From a bacterium (lineage in GTDB: Bacteria > Zhuqueibacterota > Zhuqueibacteria > Residuimicrobiales > Krinioviventaceae), in assembly GCA_963693055.1 (NCBI GenBank), contig OY843751.1:256001-320000 (forward strand): 64,000 bases of DNA, in the 5' to 3' direction. The translations under genes and the position numbers were made by a program. The notes below the pieces were generated by a model. The model saw only the letters and a list, made by a program, of their open reading frames with translations, was not told where the DNA came from and made no database searches. This document shows positions 10,199 to 19,613 of the stretch, piece by piece. How positions within the stretch are numbered: position 1 is the stretch's first letter; each line of letters starts with the position of its first letter.

Positions 10199-12499
10199 AT
10201 GAATCCAGAGAGCGCACTTATGAAAATCCATTTTCTTTTTCCAATACTGTTATCTCTATTGATTTTTTTCTGTTCATCTACCGATTCTACCGTCAACAAG
10301 GCCGGGCAGTCTGTGTACCAGGATGTACCTTATTTGCAGGATTATGCGGTGAAATATCCTGCGGAACTTGAGGGCCTTCACAAAGTGGGTGCTGACCGCA
10401 ATGGCGTGATCCAGGTGCTGGCCGCGGACGGCCTCTATAATCCCTACAACGGGCATCTTCAAATCCCCGGTTCGCTTGAGCAGGACCGGCGTTATCGTCC
10501 CATGAAAGACAAGAATGTAAAGGACATGATTGTATATGAAAACCAGTTTGTCTATCTGGATGACGAGGCCATTTTCAGCAATGCCTGGGCGGGCAAGCTG
10601 TTCTCACGACATCAAATGCCAACCGCAAAATTGTTTTGCGGTGGTCCAGATTTTACATTCATGATCTCGGATGGACAATCTCTTGCGCTGATCCATGATT
10701 CCATGAAACTCTGGTTCGACACCGTACGGGACGATCATATACAGGATTTGAAATATGATGCCTTGAACCAAAAATACTGGGTGTTAACGCAAAAGACCCT
10801 GTTTGTATATTCCAGCCAGGAAAAGAAACTAAAATCCGTTTTTCAGGACAGCAAGGGTTCATTAACGAGTTTTGATGTTTCTCAAACCAGCAGCAAGGTG
10901 TATTTGGGAACGGATGCCGGGTATTACGTGCTGGATACGTCCGGAACGCTTTTAGAAGACCTGAACGAAAAACTGCCATGGACAGAGCTGACTGCAATCC
11001 GGGAAGTTAATGGGCAGATATGGTTTGGATCCACAAAAGGCGCGTTTATGCTGCGAAATGACGGCAAGTTCAATTATTATTATGGTCGTCGCTGGCTCCC
11101 CGGAGATGTGGTTACCCATATTGCCCCGGAACCGGAAGGATCTGTGCTTATTTTAACAGATATGGGATTGGGACAGATCTGTTTTAAAGAGATGACCCTG
11201 GAAGACAAGGCCATGGTTTATGAAAAACAGGTACGTCAGCGTCACATCCGGTTTGGTGTGAATGTAAATGTATCCAGATTGCAGGACCATAATTTATCCA
11301 CTGCCGAGAACTGGGTGGCAGACAGCGACAACCTGTGGACCAGCATGTACCTGGGCAGTCAGATCTTTCGTTACCTGTCAACGGGCTCTGAAGAAGCAAA
11401 GCAGAATGCCTATGAAGCCTTTGAAGCGCTTGAGCGCTTTCACACCATCAATAACATCAAGGGATTGTTTGGCCGATCCTTTGAGCGCCGGGGCTATCAG
11501 GATTTCCATAAAGAATATCGTGATTATGTGAACCATTACTGGTATGACGAATATCAGGGCACCATTAGCTGGCGCCATGCTGACGATCCCGAGTGGGACT
11601 GGCGCGCTTCCGCAAGCAGCGATCAGACCATTGGGCAGATATTTGCCATGACCCTTATTGCAGAGTATATTGAGGATGCAGAATGGCGGGACCGCGCTGT
11701 AAAAATTCTGGATGATCTGATGGGCTATATTGTTGCCAATGATATGTGTTTGATCGATTACAACGGTCTGCCTTCCCTGTGGGGACGTTGGAACCCGGAA
11801 TATGTCAACCGGTTTGATACCATGATTGGCGACCGCAAGATCTGTTCGTCTAATATTGTTGCGTTTTTGCAAACCGCTTATCACTTTACCGGTAAAGTGA
11901 TTTATAAAGACAAGGCATTCGAGTTGATGAATGAATACGGATATCTGGAAAACCTAAAACGTCCGTTCTCAGAGATTGGTCCGGCACCGGAAGACGCGGA
12001 TGGCTGGAGCAAGCTCTTGTCGGAAGAATGGAACCACTCGGATGATGAAATGTATTTTTTGGGGTATTGGGGACTGTATCCCTATGCGTTTAACGATACA
12101 TTAAAAGCTCAATATTTTGACGCTATTAAAGACCATTGGCAGATGGAACGCCCTGAGAAAAACCCGTTGTGGAATTTCTGTTACGCCATAACCGGAGCAA
12201 AGGAATTTGATCTGGATGAATCTGTATGGACTTTGAAAGAATTCCCCCTGGATTTGATCCAGTTTGCCAATATCAACAGTCACCGCAAAGACATTGAATT
12301 TGTTGAAAAGAATTTCTGGGGACAAACAACCACCGAGGTGCTGCCCCCGGATGAGCGTCCCTCACTCAAGCACAACCGCAGTTGGTTTACGCTGGATGCC
12401 GGTGATCGGCATCACGAGCTTTCTGCCGGCGATACCTTTTTATTGCCCTATTGGATGGGGCGCTATTTAGGTGTAATCAGCGCCCCGGTAAGTGACTGA
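10199..12499 (+). CDS. Uncharacterised lipoprotein: beta-propeller-like N-terminus plus probable (alpha/alpha) barrel C-terminus
   Basis: Signal/lipobox-like N-terminus. 'VYLGTDAG' and 'IWFGSTKG' propeller repeats. Helical C-terminal half with 'DSDNLWTSMYL' and 'SSDQTIG'. Confidence 0.5.
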   Translation: MNPESALMKIHFLFPILLSLLIFFCSSTDSTVNKAGQSVYQDVPYLQDYAVKYPAELEGLHKVGADRNGVIQVLAADGLYNPYNGHLQIPGSLEQDRRYRPMKDKNVKDMIVYENQFVYLDDEAIFSNAWAGKLFSRHQMPTAKLFCGGPDFTFMISDGQSLALIHDSMKLWFDTVRDDHIQDLKYDALNQKYWVLTQKTLFVYSSQEKKLKSVFQDSKGSLTSFDVSQTSSKVYLGTDAGYYVLDTSGTLLEDLNEKLPWTELTAIREVNGQIWFGSTKGAFMLRNDGKFNYYYGRRWLPGDVVTHIAPEPEGSVLILTDMGLGQICFKEMTLEDKAMVYEKQVRQRHIRFGVNVNVSRLQDHNLSTAENWVADSDNLWTSMYLGSQIFRYLSTGSEEAKQNAYEAFEALERFHTINNIKGLFGRSFERRGYQDFHKEYRDYVNHYWYDEYQGTISWRHADDPEWDWRASASSDQTIGQIFAMTLIAEYIEDAEWRDRAVKILDDLMGYIVANDMCLIDYNGLPSLWGRWNPEYVNRFDTMIGDRKICSSNIVAFLQTAYHFTGKVIYKDKAFELMNEYGYLENLKRPFSEIGPAPEDADGWSKLLSEEWNHSDDEMYFLGYWGLYPYAFNDTLKAQYFDAIKDHWQMERPEKNPLWNFCYAITGAKEFDLDESVWTLKEFPLDLIQFANINSHRKDIEFVEKNFWGQTTTEVLPPDERPSLKHNRSWFTLDAGDRHHELSAGDTFLLPYWMGRYLGVISAPVSD

Positions 12500-12501
12500 G
12501 C

Positions 12502-14832
12502 TTAGCGTTTGATTACCCACACATCCGAGATGTGAGAATATTTACGCCAGTTTAAATGAGATTCTTCGGGACGGTCGAATGTGACACGCATTTTACCGTC
12601 CCGTGTAATATGTTTGGGGACCACAAATTCTTTAAATCCTTCAAGTTCTTTATCATACATAACCGGTTCCAGACGTTCACCATCCACACGGATGAGCGCG
12701 TCTCCCTGGCCTGCAACACGGATGATGTATCTTCCGTTAAAATCCAGATTTTCATATTCCAGCACCGGATCGGTTTGGAAGAGTTGGGATGACAGCCGCT
12801 TGCGGCTGAACCCATTGTCCCACCAGGCCACATCACAGGCATCAAAAGAGGTGGTGAGCACACGAGGTCCGGTTTCAATGTTGGATATATTGTCATAATA
12901 GCTTTCTGGACCCGGATCTTCCCAGGTACGGATGATCTCCAGCCGTGCGAGTTTTTCTGCTTCGGAATCCATTTCACGGATTTTGTCAAACTGGTCCTGC
13001 AGCCACCATCTGTTATTGAGGGGATGGTTTACAAAGTCGAGAATACTGCCGCGCTGTGCCCCGGATGCCTGGTATTTTTCCACACTGGTTTGCAATCCGA
13101 TCGAGTGAAACAAATCATCGCAATATTGTACAATCTTTACATACAGGTCCTGCGCTACCGGTTCGGTATCGGCCTTGTTGACGATCTCTAACGCTTTGTC
13201 CATTGCCTTGTCTGCTCCCAGGGTTTTGGCTTGTGCTAGGACTGCGTTGGCCTCGGTTTCCAGACCCTGTTCATAGATCTTGCGGCGACGCTGATAGGTA
13301 TCGTAATAAGAACGAAGTACCAATAGCTGCCATCTCCAATTGTCTGCCAATTGTGTATTGTCATGCTCCAGATTTTGCCAGAACGCAAAGGTAGTCTCTA
13401 TACCACCATTCTCAACGATAGGTCCTTTCCAATTCTGCTCAAGAGCAAATATGCCGTCTGCTGCTTTTTCTGTGAGTTGCGGGCCGAAAAAGAAGCGGCT
13501 GTAATCCTGAATAATTTCTCGCACCGGGGTATTGATGTTCCAGCCGCGCATACTCCAAACCACCTTGTTGACGTCATCGTGACAACCGTCGGAATAGGTC
13601 ACGAATCCATCTGTAAACGGTGCATAGGTAGCATGTATTTTGGCGTAATAATTGGGCAGGGGGTTTGTGCCTTCACGCCCAATGGTAAGCGCAAACGCCT
13701 GGTCCCAGTTGAGTGTGGGAAACTCGCAGCGCACATTGTGGGTAATATCGGGATACTGCCGGTGCTTGTATTTCGGATCAAGGCGGTGGCGGGTATCTGC
13801 AATGGGGGGGCTGCTGGGGCCCGAAACCACACCGCGGAGCCAGGTCGGTTTGTTTTCTTCAAGATAAGTGTAAAAGTAATCCACCTGCTCGGCACTGAAT
13901 CCCTGTAACGAGATCCAGATACCTGCCTGGGGATGATATTTGATCAAGCGTTCGTGCAGGTCTTTTAAAAAGGGCAATACCAGACTGGGGTGATTGTGGC
14001 CCGGATCGCCGCCGGGAAAGAAAATCTGATCCAGTCGGGGTGTTTCTTTGTAAAATTGTTCATGCGTTTCCAGCATAGCCGCGCGTTTTTCAAGATCGTT
14101 CAGATCAAATTCAGCGGGAGTCCACACCCAATAGTCCATGTCGTAAGCATCGCAAAGCTTGCTCATCTCAATGTTCATCTGCTCACGCGAGATGGGCATG
14201 TGCGGACTGTCATTGTCTTTACCGAAAGGAATGTTTTCAATGGCATTGGTGCCGAATATTGCCAGATCGCGGATATACTGTTCGAATTGCTGTACATTCC
14301 AGGCGTCCCACGAGTTGGCTGTGTTGCGGTAACCGAGTTGATGTCCTCGAATGGGCTGCATGGGCGCGGTAGCAACATCAAGGGGATCAAGGATGAATTG
14401 TCCATCCATCATGATAGCGGTACGCAAAAGCTTGCCAACACCAAATAAAGCGCCGCCTGCATCCGCACCAATAATCCACACAAGAGGTGCGCCCTCAAAG
14501 TCCGTTGTAAAAATGCGATAGCCTTCAGGCTTGTTCTCTGCCTGCGATGGATCTCTTTGGGGCACGGTAATTTCACCCAGTTTTTTATCGCTAGTCAGTG
14601 CAATGGCAATCACGGATCCTGTTGCGTCTTTGATCTTGTCCGTTTGTTGGAGCTCGAGATCGGTGCGTTTGCCCACTTCTTCTTTCAGCATCCGAACCAG
14701 TGTCTTGTTCACTGGCTTTCTGATGTTTTTCGATACCAGAATGGACGCATGAGACAGATCAATTTGCTGTGAAAAGACCCGTCCGCTGAACGCCAGACAG
14801 AGTATAATGAAAAGGAGTATTATTTTCTTCAT
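12502..14832 (-). CDS. Secreted putative glycoside hydrolase (GH20/GH67-like N-terminal domain plus TIM-barrel-like region)
   Basis: Signal peptide from MKKIILLF at 14832. 'PEGYRI...IIGADAGGALFGVGKLLR...TAPMQPIRG' resembles the GH20/GH67 N-domain. Confidence 0.5.
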   Translation of the reverse strand: MKKIILLFIILCLAFSGRVFSQQIDLSHASILVSKNIRKPVNKTLVRMLKEEVGKRTDLELQQTDKIKDATGSVIAIALTSDKKLGEITVPQRDPSQAENKPEGYRIFTTDFEGAPLVWIIGADAGGALFGVGKLLRTAIMMDGQFILDPLDVATAPMQPIRGHQLGYRNTANSWDAWNVQQFEQYIRDLAIFGTNAIENIPFGKDNDSPHMPISREQMNIEMSKLCDAYDMDYWVWTPAEFDLNDLEKRAAMLETHEQFYKETPRLDQIFFPGGDPGHNHPSLVLPFLKDLHERLIKYHPQAGIWISLQGFSAEQVDYFYTYLEENKPTWLRGVVSGPSSPPIADTRHRLDPKYKHRQYPDITHNVRCEFPTLNWDQAFALTIGREGTNPLPNYYAKIHATYAPFTDGFVTYSDGCHDDVNKVVWSMRGWNINTPVREIIQDYSRFFFGPQLTEKAADGIFALEQNWKGPIVENGGIETTFAFWQNLEHDNTQLADNWRWQLLVLRSYYDTYQRRRKIYEQGLETEANAVLAQAKTLGADKAMDKALEIVNKADTEPVAQDLYVKIVQYCDDLFHSIGLQTSVEKYQASGAQRGSILDFVNHPLNNRWWLQDQFDKIREMDSEAEKLARLEIIRTWEDPGPESYYDNISNIETGPRVLTTSFDACDVAWWDNGFSRKRLSSQLFQTDPVLEYENLDFNGRYIIRVAGQGDALIRVDGERLEPVMYDKELEGFKEFVVPKHITRDGKMRVTFDRPEESHLNWRKYSHISDVWVIKR

Positions 14833-14840
14833 GTCTATTC

Positions 14841-17444
14841 CTATTTTTTGATTAACCAGACTTCGGAAGCAATGGTGCCCCAGCCACCTGAATTGCGCCA
14901 CTGTTCTACGGTCACCCGGTCGCCGCGGGCAATGTTGGGTGCGCGTTCCAGACGGATGGTCAGTTCACCATCCTGTATAACGGATTGCGGTATATTGTAA
15001 GTGAAAAAATCGCTCATTTGTAAAGGGATTTCTATATTCTCTGCAAGGAGTTGATCATCCGCGTAAATGCTCTGGCTTTTTTGCACCATACGAAAGGCAT
15101 AGCGCTCCTGGTACCAGGGACGCACAAAGGTAAAGCGGATCTTGTACGATGCCTTGGGATCAAGATCGCGGTATTGCAGGGTTACGCCCTGGTCCTCGTC
15201 CTGAGTAAAATGCATGGAGCGCTGAGAGGGACGGTTGCCCTCGGACAGCATTTGCGGGACGTAGGGTTGTCCATGATCGTACGGATACCCGAATATAACA
15301 TTGGGTGCGGGATTCGCAGTACCGAGATTGTCGTATTGACCGCCTTTGCCCGGATTTTCATAATCTGTGATCATGCTAAGCAGTTCGGATTTCTCTACAC
15401 CTTTGGCAGTTTTTGCGCGCTCAAGCTGACGTTTGTACCATCCCAGCCCGATAAAATCGTGTTCAAGATTAAAATATCCGTCATTGCGCACACCAAACAG
15501 GGCATTGCTCTCTTCACCCAGACGGCCCGCTTCTGTCCGTAGCGCTGCCATTTCAGCTGTCTCTGGCATATCACCAAACCAGGTCAGCATTTTTTCGATT
15601 TCCGTGTTGCTTTGTATGTTGTTGAGTGCGGATTGGGTATGTTGTTCGATTTTTGCCTGTAAATCTATTTGCTGTTGTACCGCCAGCTTGACGTATTTGT
15701 CCAGAGCCGCTTTTTGCATGAATTGGCGCCACAACCAGTTGTTTTGCATCAATGCGTCAGGCATGAGCTCTCCGGCCTGTTTTGTCCATGCATAGCAGGA
15801 ATCGATACCCGTTTTTTCCGTTATGGGCATACCCGGAATTTTTTCCAGATTCTGTTCAAGCTGCAAGATAGCCTTTGCCATGAGCGGTGCCGCCTCGTGA
15901 CCGAACCAGGTGGTGCAGTATTCGTTAACTACCTCCCCAACGGTCATGCGGGGATTCCACAGCAGTCGCTGCCACATCCATTGATTGTAATGGTCATGGT
16001 GACCACTGGAGTGGGTGATATCGCCAACGCCATAGGGCATCAGATCGTTAAAGACACGGTGATAAAAGCGCGGCCAGGCGTAAAAGGTGAGGCGGTTATA
16101 GACCATGGTGAGAAACGGATCGGGCTGGCGCTCGTAAATCTCGTGGCTCCAGTGCGGCGGCAGATCACCGTTCTTGTCCGCCCGCGGATACATCTGGATG
16201 TAGGCATGTTGTGCGTACTTCCAGTGTGTGATTTCGTTGTAGTACATCAGCACATGACGTTTGGGGAGCTGGTGTAAAATCTCTTTGGGGTACAGTCCGT
16301 ACGGCCCAAAACCGGGATAGCGAAACAGGTCCATACGGTGCGTTTGCCGGTGGCCCGGCTGCCAGCTTGTGGCGTCTGATCCGGGACCGTAACCCCAGGC
16401 CCAGAGCCATTCGCGCGGCTCTTCCTGCAGGTAGGCGAATATGGCATTATCATCGGCATTGTCGAATTTCTGGTTGGTGAAATAGACGAGGGTCGTGGGA
16501 TGATATTTGTGAATGATGGCCGCCATCTCTTCCACGGTTTTGATAAAGACACGGCCGTAGGGATCGCATTTGTCGCATTCACAACCACCGCCGTCTCCAC
16601 CGTGGAATTTAATCAGGTCAAAAGTGGGACTGGTTTTAAAATAGTCCTCACATTTTTTCAGCATAAACTCGCGCGCTTCCGGCACCGAGAGACAGACATA
16701 GCCGAGGCGTCCAATGGACTCGGAAGCGTTCCACTCGGGGGGTATATCCCGTCCCGAAGTATTTGCGCCAAAACCACCCTGCGTCATGAGCCCGTAGGAT
16801 TTGATAAAGTCGAACATGGGTCCGGGACCCGTACTGAAAATATTGGCGCCGGCCAGGGCGTAATCGAGAATGATGCGTTGGGTCTCGGCATCGGTCCAGT
16901 CCCGTACATGCGCCAGGCGTTTGGCTACACCGCTCTGGCCATACTGGGTACCGCGGATCTCGAATGCCGGGGCTGTGCGGATATGCAGGTTTTCCGGCAA
17001 AGCCATTGATCCATTACGGATGGTGATCTGGCGAAGGATTTCGCCCACGGCGTACAAACATCCGCGCTCGTCCACGCCCGCGGCAATCAGGGCAGCATGT
17101 TTCGATATATATTGTAATAGAAATCCTTCGGATCCGGGTGCCAAATCGGACAGGGGCCGGATACGCAGATCGTCCATGTATTTACGTATCGCTACATGAC
17201 GCTGCGGCGTACCCAACAGGATGACCAACTCACCGGATTGCGGTGCGGTCTGCTCCGGGGTGATGTTAACGTCCGCAATGCCGGCCTCGGTCAGACGGTC
17301 CTTTAGCAGACGGGTTATGTTTTTCTCGATTTCGCTTGCGGAACTGCCCGATTGGATAGTTATGCGGGTATAGGTTTCTGAATAGAGCAATGTGATTGAT
17401 GTAAAGAGAAAAAGAATGATACTGTTTAAAATACCGGAACGCAT
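14841..17444 (-). CDS. Secreted putative glycoside hydrolase, paralog of 12502-14832
   Basis: Signal peptide, 'SEGFLL...AAGVDERGCLYAVGEILR...TAPAFEIRG', a CxCxxC motif, and C-terminal 'SEVWLIKK' matching 'SDVWVIKR' of the neighbour. Confidence 0.5.
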   Translation of the reverse strand: MRSGILNSIILFLFTSITLLYSETYTRITIQSGSSASEIEKNITRLLKDRLTEAGIADVNITPEQTAPQSGELVILLGTPQRHVAIRKYMDDLRIRPLSDLAPGSEGFLLQYISKHAALIAAGVDERGCLYAVGEILRQITIRNGSMALPENLHIRTAPAFEIRGTQYGQSGVAKRLAHVRDWTDAETQRIILDYALAGANIFSTGPGPMFDFIKSYGLMTQGGFGANTSGRDIPPEWNASESIGRLGYVCLSVPEAREFMLKKCEDYFKTSPTFDLIKFHGGDGGGCECDKCDPYGRVFIKTVEEMAAIIHKYHPTTLVYFTNQKFDNADDNAIFAYLQEEPREWLWAWGYGPGSDATSWQPGHRQTHRMDLFRYPGFGPYGLYPKEILHQLPKRHVLMYYNEITHWKYAQHAYIQMYPRADKNGDLPPHWSHEIYERQPDPFLTMVYNRLTFYAWPRFYHRVFNDLMPYGVGDITHSSGHHDHYNQWMWQRLLWNPRMTVGEVVNEYCTTWFGHEAAPLMAKAILQLEQNLEKIPGMPITEKTGIDSCYAWTKQAGELMPDALMQNNWLWRQFMQKAALDKYVKLAVQQQIDLQAKIEQHTQSALNNIQSNTEIEKMLTWFGDMPETAEMAALRTEAGRLGEESNALFGVRNDGYFNLEHDFIGLGWYKRQLERAKTAKGVEKSELLSMITDYENPGKGGQYDNLGTANPAPNVIFGYPYDHGQPYVPQMLSEGNRPSQRSMHFTQDEDQGVTLQYRDLDPKASYKIRFTFVRPWYQERYAFRMVQKSQSIYADDQLLAENIEIPLQMSDFFTYNIPQSVIQDGELTIRLERAPNIARGDRVTVEQWRNSGGWGTIASEVWLIKK

Positions 17445-17552
17445 GCCTTGCCCTCAAATTCATGCAGATTTTTTAGTACATAACGTAATCAATTGCCGTG
17501 TGATTGTCAAGTAATCTAGGTACAGAGTTCGCGGCAATGCATTAAATAGTTT

Positions 17553-18201
17553 GTAGGATGCGGCTTGCCGCATCATTTTAAATAAAACAATGTATGATAA
17601 AGATGCGCCGAGGCGCATCCTACTATCTGCTATCCGGAGCCACAAAATTAACCACAGATGAAGGCGGATAAACGCAGATTAAATCCATACACCACTGGTC
17701 GTGTCGGAGAAAAGCGAAGCGGTCTCCGTCATGGGCAATATACCACGGAAAACGCGGAATGACACGGAAATAAGAACGAAACTCATTCCATTTCTGGTTC
17801 CAGTGGCTCTGCCCTGGAACCCAAAAATTAACCACAGATACACACAGATGAACACAGATAAAATCCATACCCTCTGATCGTGAGGAAGAAAAAGGTCGGT
17901 TCCTGCCCTTCGATAAACTCAGGACAAGCTCAGGAACCGTGTGATCCGTCGTTTTGTGACGGATCGTATCGAAGGGCAAAGCCAGGAAGCATTAAACCAC
18001 AAAGACACGGAGAACACAAAGAAAAGCAGCCCACGAAGCACACTAAATGACACGAAAAGGTGAACGTAATTCATTCTATTTCTGGTTCCAGTGGCTCTGC
18101 CCTGGAACTCAAAAAAATTTGACCAGACACGCGCCTATGAACACAGATAAATCCTATACCCCCTGATCGTGACGGAGATAAGCGAAGCGGTCTCCGTCAC
18201 G
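17553..18201. repeat. Left mosaic cluster of palindromic/REP-like repeats
   Basis: GTAG-type REP doublet (17553-17574, 17602-17623). Hairpin GGTTCCAGTGGCTCTGCCCTGGAAC at 17796 and 18084. Hairpin CGTGACGGAGATAAGCGAAGCGGTCTCCGTCACG at 18168, with a variant at 17700. Triplets with ~10-nt period such as ACCACAGAT-ACACACAGAT-GAACACAGAT at 17831. Confidence 0.9.
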
Positions 18202-18470
18202 GGAAGTTTGATTTAATGACCACCACGAAGAAAAACAAAATTCAAAAAAGGTATTTTGTTCTTGCATGTTGTAAAATTATTTTGGTTATTATAATATTCA
18301 TGAGGTAAAATTTTGGTGACTAGTAGTGGGTGTTAAGGATATTATATTTTTAGTATTTCTGATTTGATTTAAATATTTGTTATAAGTAATTTTTTGTTGT
18401 ACGAGTTGATACAAGTATATGTACTATATCTTGATTTTTAAATAAAGATTGAATTTGAGTGAATTGTAAA

Positions 18471-19613
18471 ATGGCAGAAAAAATAATTGTAAATTTTGAT
18501 ATACTAAAATGGGCAAGATTAAATTGTGGAAAAACAATTGAGGAAGTAGCTCGCCAAATGGGGAAATCAACTGAAATTATAGAAAATTGGGAAAATGGAA
18601 CAGAAAAGTTAACTTATGCTCAATTAGAAAAATTGGCTTACCAAGTCTATAAGCGCCCATCAGCAATATTTTTCTTCCCAAGCCCACCTGAAGAAGTTGA
18701 TCTTATTAAAGAATTTAGAACTTTACCTGAATATGAACAAAATAATTTACAATTTGATACTAGATTTGCTATTCGAAAAGCAAAAGTTTTACAAATTTCA
18801 TTGTCAGAGTTGAATGATGGAAAGAATCCTTTCAGTAAATGTATTTTTAAAGAATTTGATTTTTCAAATAATTATTATGAATTAGCAAAAAATATTCGTC
18901 ATTATTTAGAAATCGATATTAATGAGCAAAAGTCATTAATTAATCCTGAAGCTGCATTTAAGTATTGGCGTAACGCTATTGAAAATGTAGGCATATATAT
19001 TTTTAAACGTGCTTTTAAACAAAGGGATATATGTGGTTTCTCGTTGATTGATGAGGAATTCCCAATAATTTATGTAAATAACAAAAATACATTTACTAGA
19101 CAAATATTTACTTTGTTCCATGAATTAGCACACATTTTATATAAAGTACCTGGAGTTACTAAATCTAGTAATAAATATATAAAAAATTTAGACTCTGTTC
19201 ATAAAGATATTGAAAGTTGCTGTAATAGTTTTGCTGCTGAATTTCTTGTGCCTGACGAGGATTTTAATAAAATTTTTGATGGTAATATTGCAGATGATTC
19301 AATATCAAATTTATCAGACATATATAAAGTAAGTAGAGAAGTTATTTTAAGAAAAATTTTGGATATTGGTCTTATCAGTTATCAGTATTATGAAATGAAA
19401 GCTGAGGAGTGGTCAAGTCAAAAAAGAAAAGTAACAGGTAAAGGGGGTAATTATTATTTAACACAAATTGCTTACTTGGGTGAGAACTATTTAAATTTAG
19501 CATTTAGTAATTATTATAAAGGGAAATGTTCATTAGACCAATTAGCTGAATATTTTAGTATGAAGGTTACTAGCATAACAAAACTTGAAGATTATTTGAG
19601 TTATTGTCAATAG
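18471..19613 (+). CDS. Xre-HTH plus ImmA/IrrE (Peptidase M78) metallopeptidase; C-terminus altered by IS256
   Basis: N-terminal HTH 'ILKWAR...TIEEVA...IENWENG...QLEKLA'. HExxH in 'FTLFHELAH' and 'ESCCNSFAAEFLVP'. Confidence 0.9.
   Translation: MAEKIIVNFDILKWARLNCGKTIEEVARQMGKSTEIIENWENGTEKLTYAQLEKLAYQVYKRPSAIFFFPSPPEEVDLIKEFRTLPEYEQNNLQFDTRFAIRKAKVLQISLSELNDGKNPFSKCIFKEFDFSNNYYELAKNIRHYLEIDINEQKSLINPEAAFKYWRNAIENVGIYIFKRAFKQRDICGFSLIDEEFPIIYVNNKNTFTRQIFTLFHELAHILYKVPGVTKSSNKYIKNLDSVHKDIESCCNSFAAEFLVPDEDFNKIFDGNIADDSISNLSDIYKVSREVILRKILDIGLISYQYYEMKAEEWSSQKRKVTGKGGNYYLTQIAYLGENYLNLAFSNYYKGKCSLDQLAEYFSMKVTSITKLEDYLSYCQ

Noticed and set aside
17460-17979. ORFs 17460-17645 and 17623-17979
   Set aside because: They are translations of palindromic repeat DNA, with no protein motifs.
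17553-18201. CRISPR array
   Set aside because: The repeats are of several different types, irregularly spaced and without uniform unique spacers; no cas genes are in the window.
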